From Sulfurimonas sp. (lineage in GTDB: Bacteria; Campylobacterota; Campylobacteria; Campylobacterales; Sulfurimonadaceae), in NCBI GenBank assembly GCA_021648465.1, contig JAKISR010000003.1:1532-65531 (forward strand): a DNA stretch of 64,000 bases. The letters run 5' to 3'. This document shows positions 21,424 through 30,266 of this stretch, piece after piece; the stretch's first letter is position 1; each line of letters opens with the position of its first letter. A model generated the notes under the pieces. The model saw nothing but the letters and a program-made list of their open reading frames with translations. It was not told the origin of the DNA and did no database searches. The translations under genes were made by a program, and so were the position numbers.

Positions 21424-22797
21424 ATGAGATTAACAAAGTTAAGTTTAATAGCAGTAATGCTAATAGGTTCAAGTGCGCTTGCACTTGAAAATACAAAAAT
21501 ATCTGGTACAGCTGGATTATTTTATGGTACTCAAGATTCTGATGCAGCAAATGCACCAGATCTTTTTTCTAAAGATTCAGCATATACTAACTATTTTGCT
21601 CACTTAGATGTAACAAGTGATCTTACTAATGGTGTGTCAGCTGGTATTGGTGCACAAATAATTACAACTTTAGGGGTTGAGCATAATTTAGTAAATTCTG
21701 TATTTTCAAATGCGCACACAGCTGGTTCTTCTAATGGAGCATCATTTGGTAATGGTTTACAAGTTGATTCTGCAATGTGGATTGATGAATTATGGATAGC
21801 AGGTTCTGCATATGACACAACTTTAAAAATTGGTCGTCAAGCTTTAGATACTCCTTTTGCATTTACAGAGAGTTGGGGTGTTGATAAAAATACTTTTGAA
21901 GCAGCTGTAATTATTAATCAAAGTATTCCTAATACTACTTTAATTGCTACTACAATTGGTAAATCAAATGGTTCTGCTGATGATAGAACAAGTGCTCGTG
22001 AAAGTATTACAGGTTCTGGAAATTTAAATAACTTAAGTTTAACAGCTGCTGGTTATGTTGCTGCTGATGGTGAGTTTAATACCTTTGGTAATCAAGGCAC
22101 ATATGCTTTTGGTTTTTTAAATAACTCTATTGAATCACTTACTGTTCAAGGTTGGTATTATGATATGGTTCAATTAGCTGAAGCATATTGGCTACAAGCT
22201 GATGTAAATGTAGATGGTATTATGGTTGGTTTTCAATATATGAATACTGATTTAGATAGAGGTGCAGAACTTGGTGACATTACTAACACTAATACAAATA
22301 CTATAGCAGGTTCTACAGAAGATACAACAGCTTGGTCTGCAATGCTTGGTTATGAAATGAAAGATGTTGCTACCTTTAAAATTGCTTTTTCTGATGTTGA
22401 TGAAGATGGTACATTGGCTGTTGCTAATACTGCAACAGGTTCTATAGCTACAGTTGGTGGTCAATCAAAACTTTATACTGAAATGTGGTGGAATTATGGT
22501 CGTGTTTCTGCTGTAGGTTCAGAGTCTTTCTCAATTACTGCTGAAGGCAGTGTATCAGATGTTGATTTATTATTAGGTTACTATAATGCAGATATAGAAG
22601 CAGGTAGTGCTACTGTAAATCTTCTTCGTGGTTTTTCTAGCATAGAGTTAACAGAAGTCACATTAGTTGCATCTAAATCTTTTGGTCCACTAGATACTTC
22701 TTTGGCAATTATTTATGCTGATCTTGAAGATAATACAACACCAGCTAATGATGTTAAAACAACAGATTTTCAAGTATATTTAACATATAATTTTTAA
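21424..22797 (+). CDS. major outer-membrane porin (Campylobacterota MOMP/PorA-like)
   Basis: It has a signal peptide, alternating beta-strand pattern and Gly/Ser/Thr/Ala-rich loops, and ends TYNF. Codon usage is visibly biased, consistent with high expression, and a strong terminator follows. Confidence 0.65.
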   Translation: MRLTKLSLIAVMLIGSSALALENTKISGTAGLFYGTQDSDAANAPDLFSKDSAYTNYFAHLDVTSDLTNGVSAGIGAQIITTLGVEHNLVNSVFSNAHTAGSSNGASFGNGLQVDSAMWIDELWIAGSAYDTTLKIGRQALDTPFAFTESWGVDKNTFEAAVIINQSIPNTTLIATTIGKSNGSADDRTSARESITGSGNLNNLSLTAAGYVAADGEFNTFGNQGTYAFGFLNNSIESLTVQGWYYDMVQLAEAYWLQADVNVDGIMVGFQYMNTDLDRGAELGDITNTNTNTIAGSTEDTTAWSAMLGYEMKDVATFKIAFSDVDEDGTLAVANTATGSIATVGGQSKLYTEMWWNYGRVSAVGSESFSITAEGSVSDVDLLLGYYNADIEAGSATVNLLRGFSSIELTEVTLVASKSFGPLDTSLAIIYADLEDNTTPANDVKTTDFQVYLTYNF

Positions 22798-22822
22798 GAG
22801 AAATTTTTATAATTTACTAAGC

Positions 22823-22860
22823 TTATTCTTTTATTCTCAAAAAAGAATAAATTTATATTT
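22823..22860 (+). terminator. intrinsic terminator after the MOMP-like porin gene
   Basis: A 10-bp stem ttattctttt/aaaagaataa with an 8-nt loop is followed by atttatattt. Confidence 0.65.
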
Positions 22861-22953
22861 CAGTCCATTTCCTGCTTTCCTGTTTTGTAGGGAAATGGGC
22901 CCTTCTCATCCTCTTATTTCCTGTTTTGTAAGAAGATGAGCAGAGTCCATTTT
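22861..22953. other. two tandem hairpins sharing a conserved loop sequence (candidate structured RNA or repeat element; strand unresolved)
   Basis: Hairpin 1 has the stem ccatttcc/ggaaatgg (22865-72 / 22891-98). Hairpin 2 has the stem ctcatcctctt/aagaagatgag (22905-15 / 22930-40, 10 of 11 pairs). Both loops contain tttcctgttttgta. The segment is visibly more GC-rich than its surroundings. Confidence 0.35.
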
Positions 22954-23008
22954 AAGTAAAAAGTTATTTATGGTCTCTTGCTTAATTTTTTTGGATATAC
23001 TTTTTACT

Positions 23009-23968
23009 ATGAATAAACTAATTAAAAAAATCTTTTATATACTTTTTATGCTTATTCTCATATCTATCATATCATTTTTAGCAATTCATGCTGCACCAAA
23101 TAGCTTCTTTGGAGCAGGTGAATTAAATCCAAATATGACACCAGAAGCAATAGCGGCTTTAAAAGCTATATATGGGTTAGATAAACCACTTCTACAGCAA
23201 TATACTGACTGGGTTATAAATATTTTTTCTTTCAATTTTGGTATCTCATTTGTTAATGGACAAGATGTTAGTTCTGAGATACTAAAGAGGCTACCGATAA
23301 CTATTAGTATGAATATAATAGCTCTACTAGCTGTATTTTTTATATCTTTGTATTTAGGTATAAAATCAGCACTTAATTATGAAAAAAAAGCTGATTATAT
23401 TATTCGTCAAATTTCTTTAATCTCTTTTTCAATGCCATCATTTTATTTAGCATTGTTGTTTATTATATTTTTCTCACTTAATTTGGACTTATTTCCAATA
23501 GCAGGTCTTCACTCTATTGAGCCAAAAGTGGGTTTTGAGTACTATCTTGATATGGCTTGGCACTTAGTCTTACCAATAGGAGTTATGATATTTGTTGGTT
23601 TAGGGAGTATGATTATATATGTCCGTTCACTCACTTTAGAGATACTAAAGAGTGACTATTACTATTTTGCATTATCTCGTGGATTGAAAAAAAAAGAGTT
23701 ATTAAAATATTATATTTTTCCAAATCTTTTACCACCAATCATTACTCTTTTAGGATTATCTATTCCTGGATTAATAGGAGGTAGTGTTATTTTAGAGTCT
23801 ATATTTGGGATTGAGGGCATGGGACAGCTATTTTTTATGAGTGCATTAAGTAGAGACTACCCTATAATTATGGGAACTTTAATGATTACAGCATTTTTAA
23901 CACTGCTTGGGAATATGATAGCGGATTTAATTTTATTAAAATTAAATCCATATATGAAAAGAGGATAA
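23009..23968 (+). CDS. ABC transporter permease, peptide/nickel (DppB/OppB) type
   Basis: It has an N-terminal TM helix, a long periplasmic loop and 5 further TM helices. The binding-protein-dependent transport EAA-like segment is ALSRGLKKKELLKYYIFPN. The start was moved to the internal ATG (ORF track 22970). Confidence 0.8.
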   Translation: MNKLIKKIFYILFMLILISIISFLAIHAAPNSFFGAGELNPNMTPEAIAALKAIYGLDKPLLQQYTDWVINIFSFNFGISFVNGQDVSSEILKRLPITISMNIIALLAVFFISLYLGIKSALNYEKKADYIIRQISLISFSMPSFYLALLFIIFFSLNLDLFPIAGLHSIEPKVGFEYYLDMAWHLVLPIGVMIFVGLGSMIIYVRSLTLEILKSDYYYFALSRGLKKKELLKYYIFPNLLPPIITLLGLSIPGLIGGSVILESIFGIEGMGQLFFMSALSRDYPIIMGTLMITAFLTLLGNMIADLILLKLNPYMKRG

Positions 23969-24012
23969 AAGAGAGTCAGGATAGATTTTTCTCTGAGCTT
24001 GAAAAGAGTTAA

Positions 24013-25146
24013 CTATGAGAACATTGCCTCTAATGCATCCAAGCCATCTTTAGCTTCTTGAATCTCACCATCTTCATTAGTTGTATTGTCTGTTTCAACT
24101 AACTCAATATTTAATCCACTCAACATTGAAGCTAAACGGATATTTATACCACTTTTACCAATGGCTTTTGATTTTTGATCTGCTGGCAGAGTTATAATAG
24201 CTTTTTGGGCCTCACCCTCTTCATTTTTAATTATCTCAACAGTAGAAATAATTGCTGGTGACATAATTCTTGAGATAAAAAGTTCTGGAATAGATGTATA
24301 TTCTATGCAGTCAATATTTTCACCAATTAACTCTTGACTAACGGCATTAATACGAACACCTTTAACACCAACAGTTGCTCCAACAGCATCAACTTGTGGA
24401 TGAGTGCTTATAAGTGCTATTTTAGCTCTTTCACCAGGTATACGAGCACTAGCTTCTACAATTACGGTTCCATCAGAAATTTCAGGAACTTCAAGTGCTA
24501 AAAGTTCTTCTAAAAATTTAGGAGAGGTACGAGATAGTTCTATTTGGATGCCATTTTCTTTATCCATATTAACACGACGAACAACAGCTTTCATATGATC
24601 ACCTACTTTAAATACTTCACCTTTTATACGGCTTTTCATTGGTAGTACAGCACGAACTTCATCAATTTCTATATATGTTGAGCTATTCGCATCAACTCTT
24701 GTAACTCTACCTGTTACAAGTGTTCCTATTTTTGATTTATATTTATTAAAAAGTTCATTTTCTACAAGTCTTTGAATATGATATTCTATTTCACGATGAA
24801 GTTGAGATGCACCTGTTCTACCATACTCCTCTAAAGAGTGTGGAATTTGAAGTTGATCATCAAGTTCTATTTGGTCATCATACTCTCTAGCATCACTTAT
24901 AGAAATATATGAAGGAGCTAAGTCTTCATCATTAAGTCTTTCATCTTCATCTGAAACTACTGTAATTGTTTGAATTATATCTAGGTTTTTTGTTTCATCA
25001 TTTATGACTGCTTCAAATGTAAATTTTTGATCAATTACTCTTTTTGCTGTTTGGGTAAATGCTGTTTTTAGAGCTTCTATAACTTTATCAGGTTGAAGAT
25101 TTTTTTCATGTGCAATTGCTTCTGCAATATCTAGAATTTTTTCCAT
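24013..25146 (-). CDS. nusA: transcription termination/antitermination factor NusA
   Basis: It has the N-terminal domain, an S1 domain (GTLVTGRVTRVD), and KH domains (GVKGVRINAVSQEL, AIGKSGINIRLAS). The start was set at MEKILDIAEA. Confidence 0.95.
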   Translation of the reverse strand: MEKILDIAEAIAHEKNLQPDKVIEALKTAFTQTAKRVIDQKFTFEAVINDETKNLDIIQTITVVSDEDERLNDEDLAPSYISISDAREYDDQIELDDQLQIPHSLEEYGRTGASQLHREIEYHIQRLVENELFNKYKSKIGTLVTGRVTRVDANSSTYIEIDEVRAVLPMKSRIKGEVFKVGDHMKAVVRRVNMDKENGIQIELSRTSPKFLEELLALEVPEISDGTVIVEASARIPGERAKIALISTHPQVDAVGATVGVKGVRINAVSQELIGENIDCIEYTSIPELFISRIMSPAIISTVEIIKNEEGEAQKAIITLPADQKSKAIGKSGINIRLASMLSGLNIELVETDNTTNEDGEIQEAKDGLDALEAMFS

Positions 25147-25276
25147 ATTTATGCCTTTTAAATGGTGTTTCACAAAAAATAAATGTTAAAAGTTTATAGT
25201 GATTTCTTATGATGTATGACATTATATCTAACACTCTATAAAATCAACTTTAATCAACTTTTTAGTAGAGTTTAAC

Positions 25277-25282
25277 TATAAT
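25277..25282 (+). promoter_or_regulatory. -10 box TATAAT for the operon starting at 25312
   Basis: TATAAT at 25277-25282 lies 30 nt upstream of the ATG, with SD taagga between. Confidence 0.4.
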
Positions 25283-25311
25283 GCAAAACATTAAGATATA
25301 AGGATAAAACG

Positions 25312-25557
25312 ATGGATTTGAAATTTGCAAGAACAGATATTACTACGAAACCAAAAAAAGCTGACTTAAGTAAAATGGAAGCTAGTGTTGAAAAAGATGA
25401 TAGTGTAATTTTTTATTTTGATAGAGAAAATTCTCATAAAGATTTGTTAGAACTTCAGGACTATTTTGAAAAAAAAGGTAAAAGTTTTTACATGAGTGAA
25501 GTTAAATATGGTCTTTCTGATAGTGAGTACATGTACCAAGTTCATATTATTAACTAA
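25312..25557 (+). CDS. small protein resembling the HP0268 nuclease family
   Basis: It is 81 aa. It sits immediately upstream of miaB, as HP0268 sits upstream of HP0269 in Helicobacter pylori. The segments IFYF..HKD..FEKKG and VHII match my recollection of HP0268. This rests on recollection, not a search. Confidence 0.5.
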   Translation: MDLKFARTDITTKPKKADLSKMEASVEKDDSVIFYFDRENSHKDLLELQDYFEKKGKSFYMSEVKYGLSDSEYMYQVHIIN

Positions 25558-25562
25558 AATTA

Positions 25563-26864
25563 ATGTCAAAAAAATTATTTATTGAGACACTTGGTTGTGC
25601 AATGAACTCTCGTGATTCAGAGCATATGATTGCACAACTAAGTGAGAAAGAGGGCTACGAAATTACAGATGATATGCCTTCGGCTGATTTAATTTTAATA
25701 AATACATGTTCAGTAAGAGAAAAACCAGTGGCTAAACTATTCTCAGAACTTGGTGTTTTTAATAAAAAGAAAAAAACCTCTGCAAAGATAGGTGTATGCG
25801 GATGTACTGCATCTCATCTTGGTGAAGAGATAATTAAAAGAGCTCCATATGTGAGTTTTGTTTTAGGTGCTAGAAATGTATCTAAAATTACAGAAATAAT
25901 CCATAAAGAAAAAGCTGTTGAAGTAGATATAAACTATGATGAGAGTGAATTTGCATTTGATGATTTTAGAACATCTCCATATAAAGCTTTTATAAATATA
26001 TCTATAGGATGTGATAAAGCATGTACTTATTGTATAGTTCCTAAAACCCGTGGTGATGAGATATCAATTCCTGATGAACTTATTATTCGTGAAGCTAAAA
26101 GAGCAGTTGACAATGGAGCAAAAGAAGTTTTTCTTCTTGGTCAAAATGTAAATAATTATGGTCGCCGTTTCTCAGGAAATCATGAGAAGGTAAACTTTTC
26201 AAAACTTCTTCGCAGACTTAGTAAAATTGATAAACTTCAAAGGATTCGTTTTACATCTCCTCACCCTTTTCATATGGATGATGAGTTTATAAGTGAGTTT
26301 GCAAAAAACCCTAAAATTTGTAAATCAATGCATATGCCACTTCAAAGTGGATCAAGTAAAGTTCTTAAGGATATGAAGCGTGGTTACTCAAAAGAATGGT
26401 TTTTAGAGCGTATTGCTAAATTAAGAAGTGAGTGTCCAAAGGTTAGTATAAGTACTGATATTATTGTTGCTTTTCCTGGTGAGAGTGATGAGGACTTTGA
26501 AGACACAATAGATGTAATGAAAAAAGTAAGATTTGATCAGATTTTTTCATTTAAATACTCATCACGTCCTGAAACTGAAGCAGAGCATTTTACAAATACA
26601 GTAGATGAAGATGTAGCATCTTATAGACTTACAACTCTTCAAAATCTTCATACAGATATTTTAGATGAAAAAAATGCAACACACCTTGGAAAAGTTTACC
26701 GTGTTTATTTTGAAGATTTAAACAAAGATCACTTTGTAAGTGGTAGAAGTGATAATAACCTTGTTGTGAAGGTTAAGGGTTCAGATGAGCTTTTAGGTGA
26801 GTTTAGAGATGTAAAAATTACACAAATTGGACGAACAATTTTAACTGGGGAACTTGTTGGCTAA
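25563..26864 (+). CDS. miaB: tRNA-2-methylthio-N6-dimethylallyladenosine synthase
   Basis: It has the UPF0004 N-terminal Cys triad region (TLGCAMN), the radical-SAM motif CDKACTYC and a C-terminal TRAM domain. Confidence 0.95.
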   Translation: MSKKLFIETLGCAMNSRDSEHMIAQLSEKEGYEITDDMPSADLILINTCSVREKPVAKLFSELGVFNKKKKTSAKIGVCGCTASHLGEEIIKRAPYVSFVLGARNVSKITEIIHKEKAVEVDINYDESEFAFDDFRTSPYKAFINISIGCDKACTYCIVPKTRGDEISIPDELIIREAKRAVDNGAKEVFLLGQNVNNYGRRFSGNHEKVNFSKLLRRLSKIDKLQRIRFTSPHPFHMDDEFISEFAKNPKICKSMHMPLQSGSSKVLKDMKRGYSKEWFLERIAKLRSECPKVSISTDIIVAFPGESDEDFEDTIDVMKKVRFDQIFSFKYSSRPETEAEHFTNTVDEDVASYRLTTLQNLHTDILDEKNATHLGKVYRVYFEDLNKDHFVSGRSDNNLVVKVKGSDELLGEFRDVKITQIGRTILTGELVG

Positions 26865-27480
26865 AAAGTTATTTCGTGCAATAGCACTAATAATAGTACC
26901 ATTTTTGGCATCTATCTTAATTCGATTATTATATTTAACAAATAAAAAAAAATTCTATATACTAAAAACGCTAGGTGATGAGCCTATTATCTTTGCTTGT
27001 TGGCATGGAGAACTTTTGATGCTCCCTTATTTATATAAGAAATTTAGAAAAACTCCACATGCAAAAGTTTTAATATCTAGTCATTTTGATGGTATGCTAA
27101 TTTCCAAAACAATAAAATATTTTAGACTAGGAACTATTGCAGGTTCAACAAATAGAAATGCAACAAGAGTCTTAATTCAAGGGATTAAAGCCTTAAGAGA
27201 TGGTTATGATATTGGAATTACACCAGATGGTCCAAAAGGTCCTAGATATGAAGTTGCAGATGGTATAATTGTTATGGCACAAAAAACTAAATGTAAAATA
27301 GTTTTGATTGGAATAAAACCAACAAAATTTTGGCAACTGAACTCTTGGGATAAATTTATAATTCCAAAGCCATTTGGGACATTAAATTACTATTCAACAG
27401 AGCCACTAGATATTAGTGATTTAGAGTTAGAAGAAGCTAAAAACTTAATAAAAGAAAGGTTGAAGAAAAATGAAGCCTAA
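26854..27480 (+). CDS. DUF374-type lysophospholipid acyltransferase-like protein
   Basis: It is 208 aa with an N-terminal TM helix, CWHGELL and ITPDGPKGP blocks. It follows miaB as in H. pylori (HP0270). It overlaps miaB by 11 nt. Confidence 0.65.
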   Translation: MLAKKLFRAIALIIVPFLASILIRLLYLTNKKKFYILKTLGDEPIIFACWHGELLMLPYLYKKFRKTPHAKVLISSHFDGMLISKTIKYFRLGTIAGSTNRNATRVLIQGIKALRDGYDIGITPDGPKGPRYEVADGIIVMAQKTKCKIVLIGIKPTKFWQLNSWDKFIIPKPFGTLNYYSTEPLDISDLELEEAKNLIKERLKKNEA

Positions 27481-27928
27481 GTTTGCTATTTTAATTTTAG
27501 CAGTATCTTTACTTTTTATAATGGGTATATTTTTTTTAGTAAGTCCATCTTATGAAAAATCATTAAAAGCAAAGTATTATTATAAAACTGGTAACTACAA
27601 GCAGGCATATTCACTAGCTAAAGAGGCATTTAGCTTAGATGTATATAATCGCATGGCATCAACAATAATGGCTCAAACTCAAACATCTATAAAGTATGAT
27701 AGTTATGTTAAAGATGCTAAAAAATATATGTTAGTTATAGACGAAATGGCAAAAAAAGAAAATATAGAAGATTCTGATAGGGCAAGAATAAAAATCATTT
27801 GTAAAATAATGTTAAGTTCATATATAAAATTGGCACCAAGTGTAATTACAGATAAAAAGTTAGTAAAAGAGGCTGCTCTATATCATGATAAATTTGAGAA
27901 ACTGCTTGAAAAAGTCAATAGATACTAA
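27470..27928 (+). CDS. hypothetical membrane-anchored helical (TPR-like) protein
   Basis: It has an N-terminal TM helix followed by helical repeats. It overlaps both neighbours. No motif is recognised. Confidence 0.5.
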   Translation: MKPKFAILILAVSLLFIMGIFFLVSPSYEKSLKAKYYYKTGNYKQAYSLAKEAFSLDVYNRMASTIMAQTQTSIKYDSYVKDAKKYMLVIDEMAKKENIEDSDRARIKIICKIMLSSYIKLAPSVITDKKLVKEAALYHDKFEKLLEKVNRY

Positions 27929-28745
27929 TCGTAAAGAATTTTTATATTACCTTGATAATATACGAGGATATTCTGATTTAACTATAAAAAGTTATGATGA
28001 ATCCCTAAGAGAAGCATTTAAATATATAGAAATTTTTGAAAATGATAAATACATGACTTTTGGTTTGATGCCTTACAGAATAAAAATAGCTTCACTTAAT
28101 TCAAAAACTATAAGTAAAAAGCTTAGTGCTATTCGTTCCTTTGTAATATATCTTAATGAAAATGGTATAAGTGCAATACTTAATGCAGATGATAATATTA
28201 AAGTTGCAAAAACACTGCCAAAGCCAATCTCGCATGAAAATATAATGGAAGCACTATCTTATAGTAAGGGATTTGAAAAGTTAGTTGTGTTGATGTTATA
28301 CACATCGGGCCTTAGAGTATCAGAGTTGTCTTCACTTAAAAAAGATGATATATCAAATGGATGGATAAGAGTTCTAGGTAAAGGAAATAAACATAGAGAT
28401 GTACCACTTTTACCATTTATAAAAGAGCTATTAGACAATTATTTAAACACATCCATGCAAAAAAAGTTTTTTTTTGAAAAAAAAGGCGAAAAATTAAGCG
28501 AAAACAGTTTAAGATATATTGTTACAAAAGTCTTTAGAAGAGTAGGGTTAAAAGTTACCCCTCATCAGCTTCGTCACTCATATGCATCAGGGCTATTAAA
28601 TAGCAATGCATCCATAGCTGATGTAAGTGAATTATTGGGACACTCATCTATGGCGACAACACAAATATATACAAAATTGGGCAGTGCATTGAAACAACAA
28701 AATTATAATAAAGCACATCCGCTTTGTGGAGTAGATAAAATATGA
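27885..28745 (+). CDS. xerH: tyrosine recombinase, XerH-like
   Basis: SAM-like N-terminal domain. Catalytic signature: R in GLRVSEL, HQLRHSYA, LGHSSMATTQIYT (R-H-R-H-Y). The start is uncertain (ATG 27885 or TTG 27903). Confidence 0.8.
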   Translation: MINLRNCLKKSIDTNRKEFLYYLDNIRGYSDLTIKSYDESLREAFKYIEIFENDKYMTFGLMPYRIKIASLNSKTISKKLSAIRSFVIYLNENGISAILNADDNIKVAKTLPKPISHENIMEALSYSKGFEKLVVLMLYTSGLRVSELSSLKKDDISNGWIRVLGKGNKHRDVPLLPFIKELLDNYLNTSMQKKFFFEKKGEKLSENSLRYIVTKVFRRVGLKVTPHQLRHSYASGLLNSNASIADVSELLGHSSMATTQIYTKLGSALKQQNYNKAHPLCGVDKI

Positions 28746-29752
28746 CAAACAAATTTTTAGAAACTTTGTATACAAAGGTTTTTATAAATATTATTGTTGA
28801 AGATTCACAGACTGTCGTATACATAGAAGTATGCTCTAAAAGTAATGTAATTGAAACTATACAGAAGAGATTTGACACTACAAGGATAAATGCTAAGATG
28901 TATGATGTGATACAAGCATATTCTAAACAATCTCCATTTTATTATATTTCAGTTTTAGATAATTCATCACTTCAAGGAGCTTCACCTGCTGTAGATAAGC
29001 TTGATATGAATAAATATGCAGATATGAGCTTGATGAAAAGTATCTCTTTTTCGGGTTGGAGTGTTTATTCAGCAGAGTATGATTTAAATAATATTTCCAA
29101 AGAGTATAAAAGTATTGGCGTAGATTTTATTTTTTCACCTTTTTTAATGATGACAAAATTTTTTGAAGACAAAATAAGTACAAATTTATCAATGTTTATA
29201 TTAGTTGAGAGCAACTATCTTACTATAGCTATATTTGATAACTCAAAATTACTTTATGCTAAATACGCAGATACACAATATCAAAAAGATGATGACTTAT
29301 CAATAAATATACCTTTGGATGATGAATATGATGATGTTTCACTTGATATTGATGGTATAAATTTAGAAGATATTGATATAGATGACGATAATTCTTTAGA
29401 TGATTTTGCAAATATAGAAGATTTAGATAGTGGTAACGAAATAGATGAATTTTCTGAAGCTAAAGATATTAAAGAAATAAAACAAGATAATAATGATGAT
29501 ATCGGTTCAGTTGATTTTTATGAAGATTATCAGAGATTTTTATGTATACAAAGTTCTTTAAGTTCTTTTTATAAAGATGATAAATATGATAGTAAATTTA
29601 TAGAGAGTACTTATATTGCAGATGGTATAGGTGTTAGTAATGCACTTAAAAAGTATCTTGAAGAGGAAATTTTTCTAAGTGTATATGTTAGAAAAATCGA
29701 TCTTGGTAAAGAGTTATGTAATATGGCAAAGGCTGAATTAGATGCGATTTAG
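28742..29752 (+). CDS. hypothetical cytoplasmic protein, PilM/actin-like architecture with a long acidic insert
   Basis: It is 336 aa with no TM helix and has a 4-nt overlap (ATGA) with xerH. See findings. Confidence 0.6.
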   Translation: MTNKFLETLYTKVFINIIVEDSQTVVYIEVCSKSNVIETIQKRFDTTRINAKMYDVIQAYSKQSPFYYISVLDNSSLQGASPAVDKLDMNKYADMSLMKSISFSGWSVYSAEYDLNNISKEYKSIGVDFIFSPFLMMTKFFEDKISTNLSMFILVESNYLTIAIFDNSKLLYAKYADTQYQKDDDLSINIPLDDEYDDVSLDIDGINLEDIDIDDDNSLDDFANIEDLDSGNEIDEFSEAKDIKEIKQDNNDDIGSVDFYEDYQRFLCIQSSLSSFYKDDKYDSKFIESTYIADGIGVSNALKKYLEEEIFLSVYVRKIDLGKELCNMAKAELDAI

Positions 29753-30266
29753 CTATATAAAACCTAGAAAAAAAACAATTTTTACAAAAGATATACAGTT
29801 GCTGTTTACTTTTTTTGGTGTTACTTTATCTATGCTATTTTTAACATATATGTTTTTATTATTTCGTGATTATAGATTTGAGCAAAATAAAATAGATCTT
29901 ATAAAAATAAATCAAGAACTAAGTGCTGATATTTTAAAAATGAACAATCATATTATTTATATCAAAAAACAAAATCTTCAAGCAGAAAAAATTTTTATAA
30001 AAAACAGTATTTTAAAAGATAGTATAAATAATCTTTTTGATTTAATACCAACTAGAATAACACTTTCACAAGCACAAATAATGGAAAATGGATTAATTCT
30101 ACATGGAATAACACCAAATAAAGATGTTTATAATTTTATGCTTCAAGCACCATTACGTTCTATCTTTCACCGAAGTTATAGTAGTTTTTATCCTGCACAA
30201 AACGGTTGGTTGAGATTTGTATCTACAAATTATATTGATGAGGAGGAGTTAAGTGATGAAAATTAA
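29742..30266 (+). CDS. hypothetical bitopic membrane protein, PilN-like topology
   Basis: It is 174 aa. It has a short basic N-terminus, one TM helix (LLFTFFGVTLSMLFLTYMFLLF), a coiled-coil stretch and an alpha/beta C-terminal domain. It overlaps the upstream gene by 11 nt. Confidence 0.6.
   Translation: MRFSYIKPRKKTIFTKDIQLLFTFFGVTLSMLFLTYMFLLFRDYRFEQNKIDLIKINQELSADILKMNNHIIYIKKQNLQAEKIFIKNSILKDSINNLFDLIPTRITLSQAQIMENGLILHGITPNKDVYNFMLQAPLRSIFHRSYSSFYPAQNGWLRFVSTNYIDEEELSDEN

Noticed and set aside
27480-27900. A search for a dif-like XerH target site near xerH. The half-site-like cttatgaaaaatcatt lies near 27548.
   Set aside because: Only one arm-like sequence lies inside a coding region, with no matching inverted partner (ttttcataa) nearby. 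No dif site can be claimed in this window.
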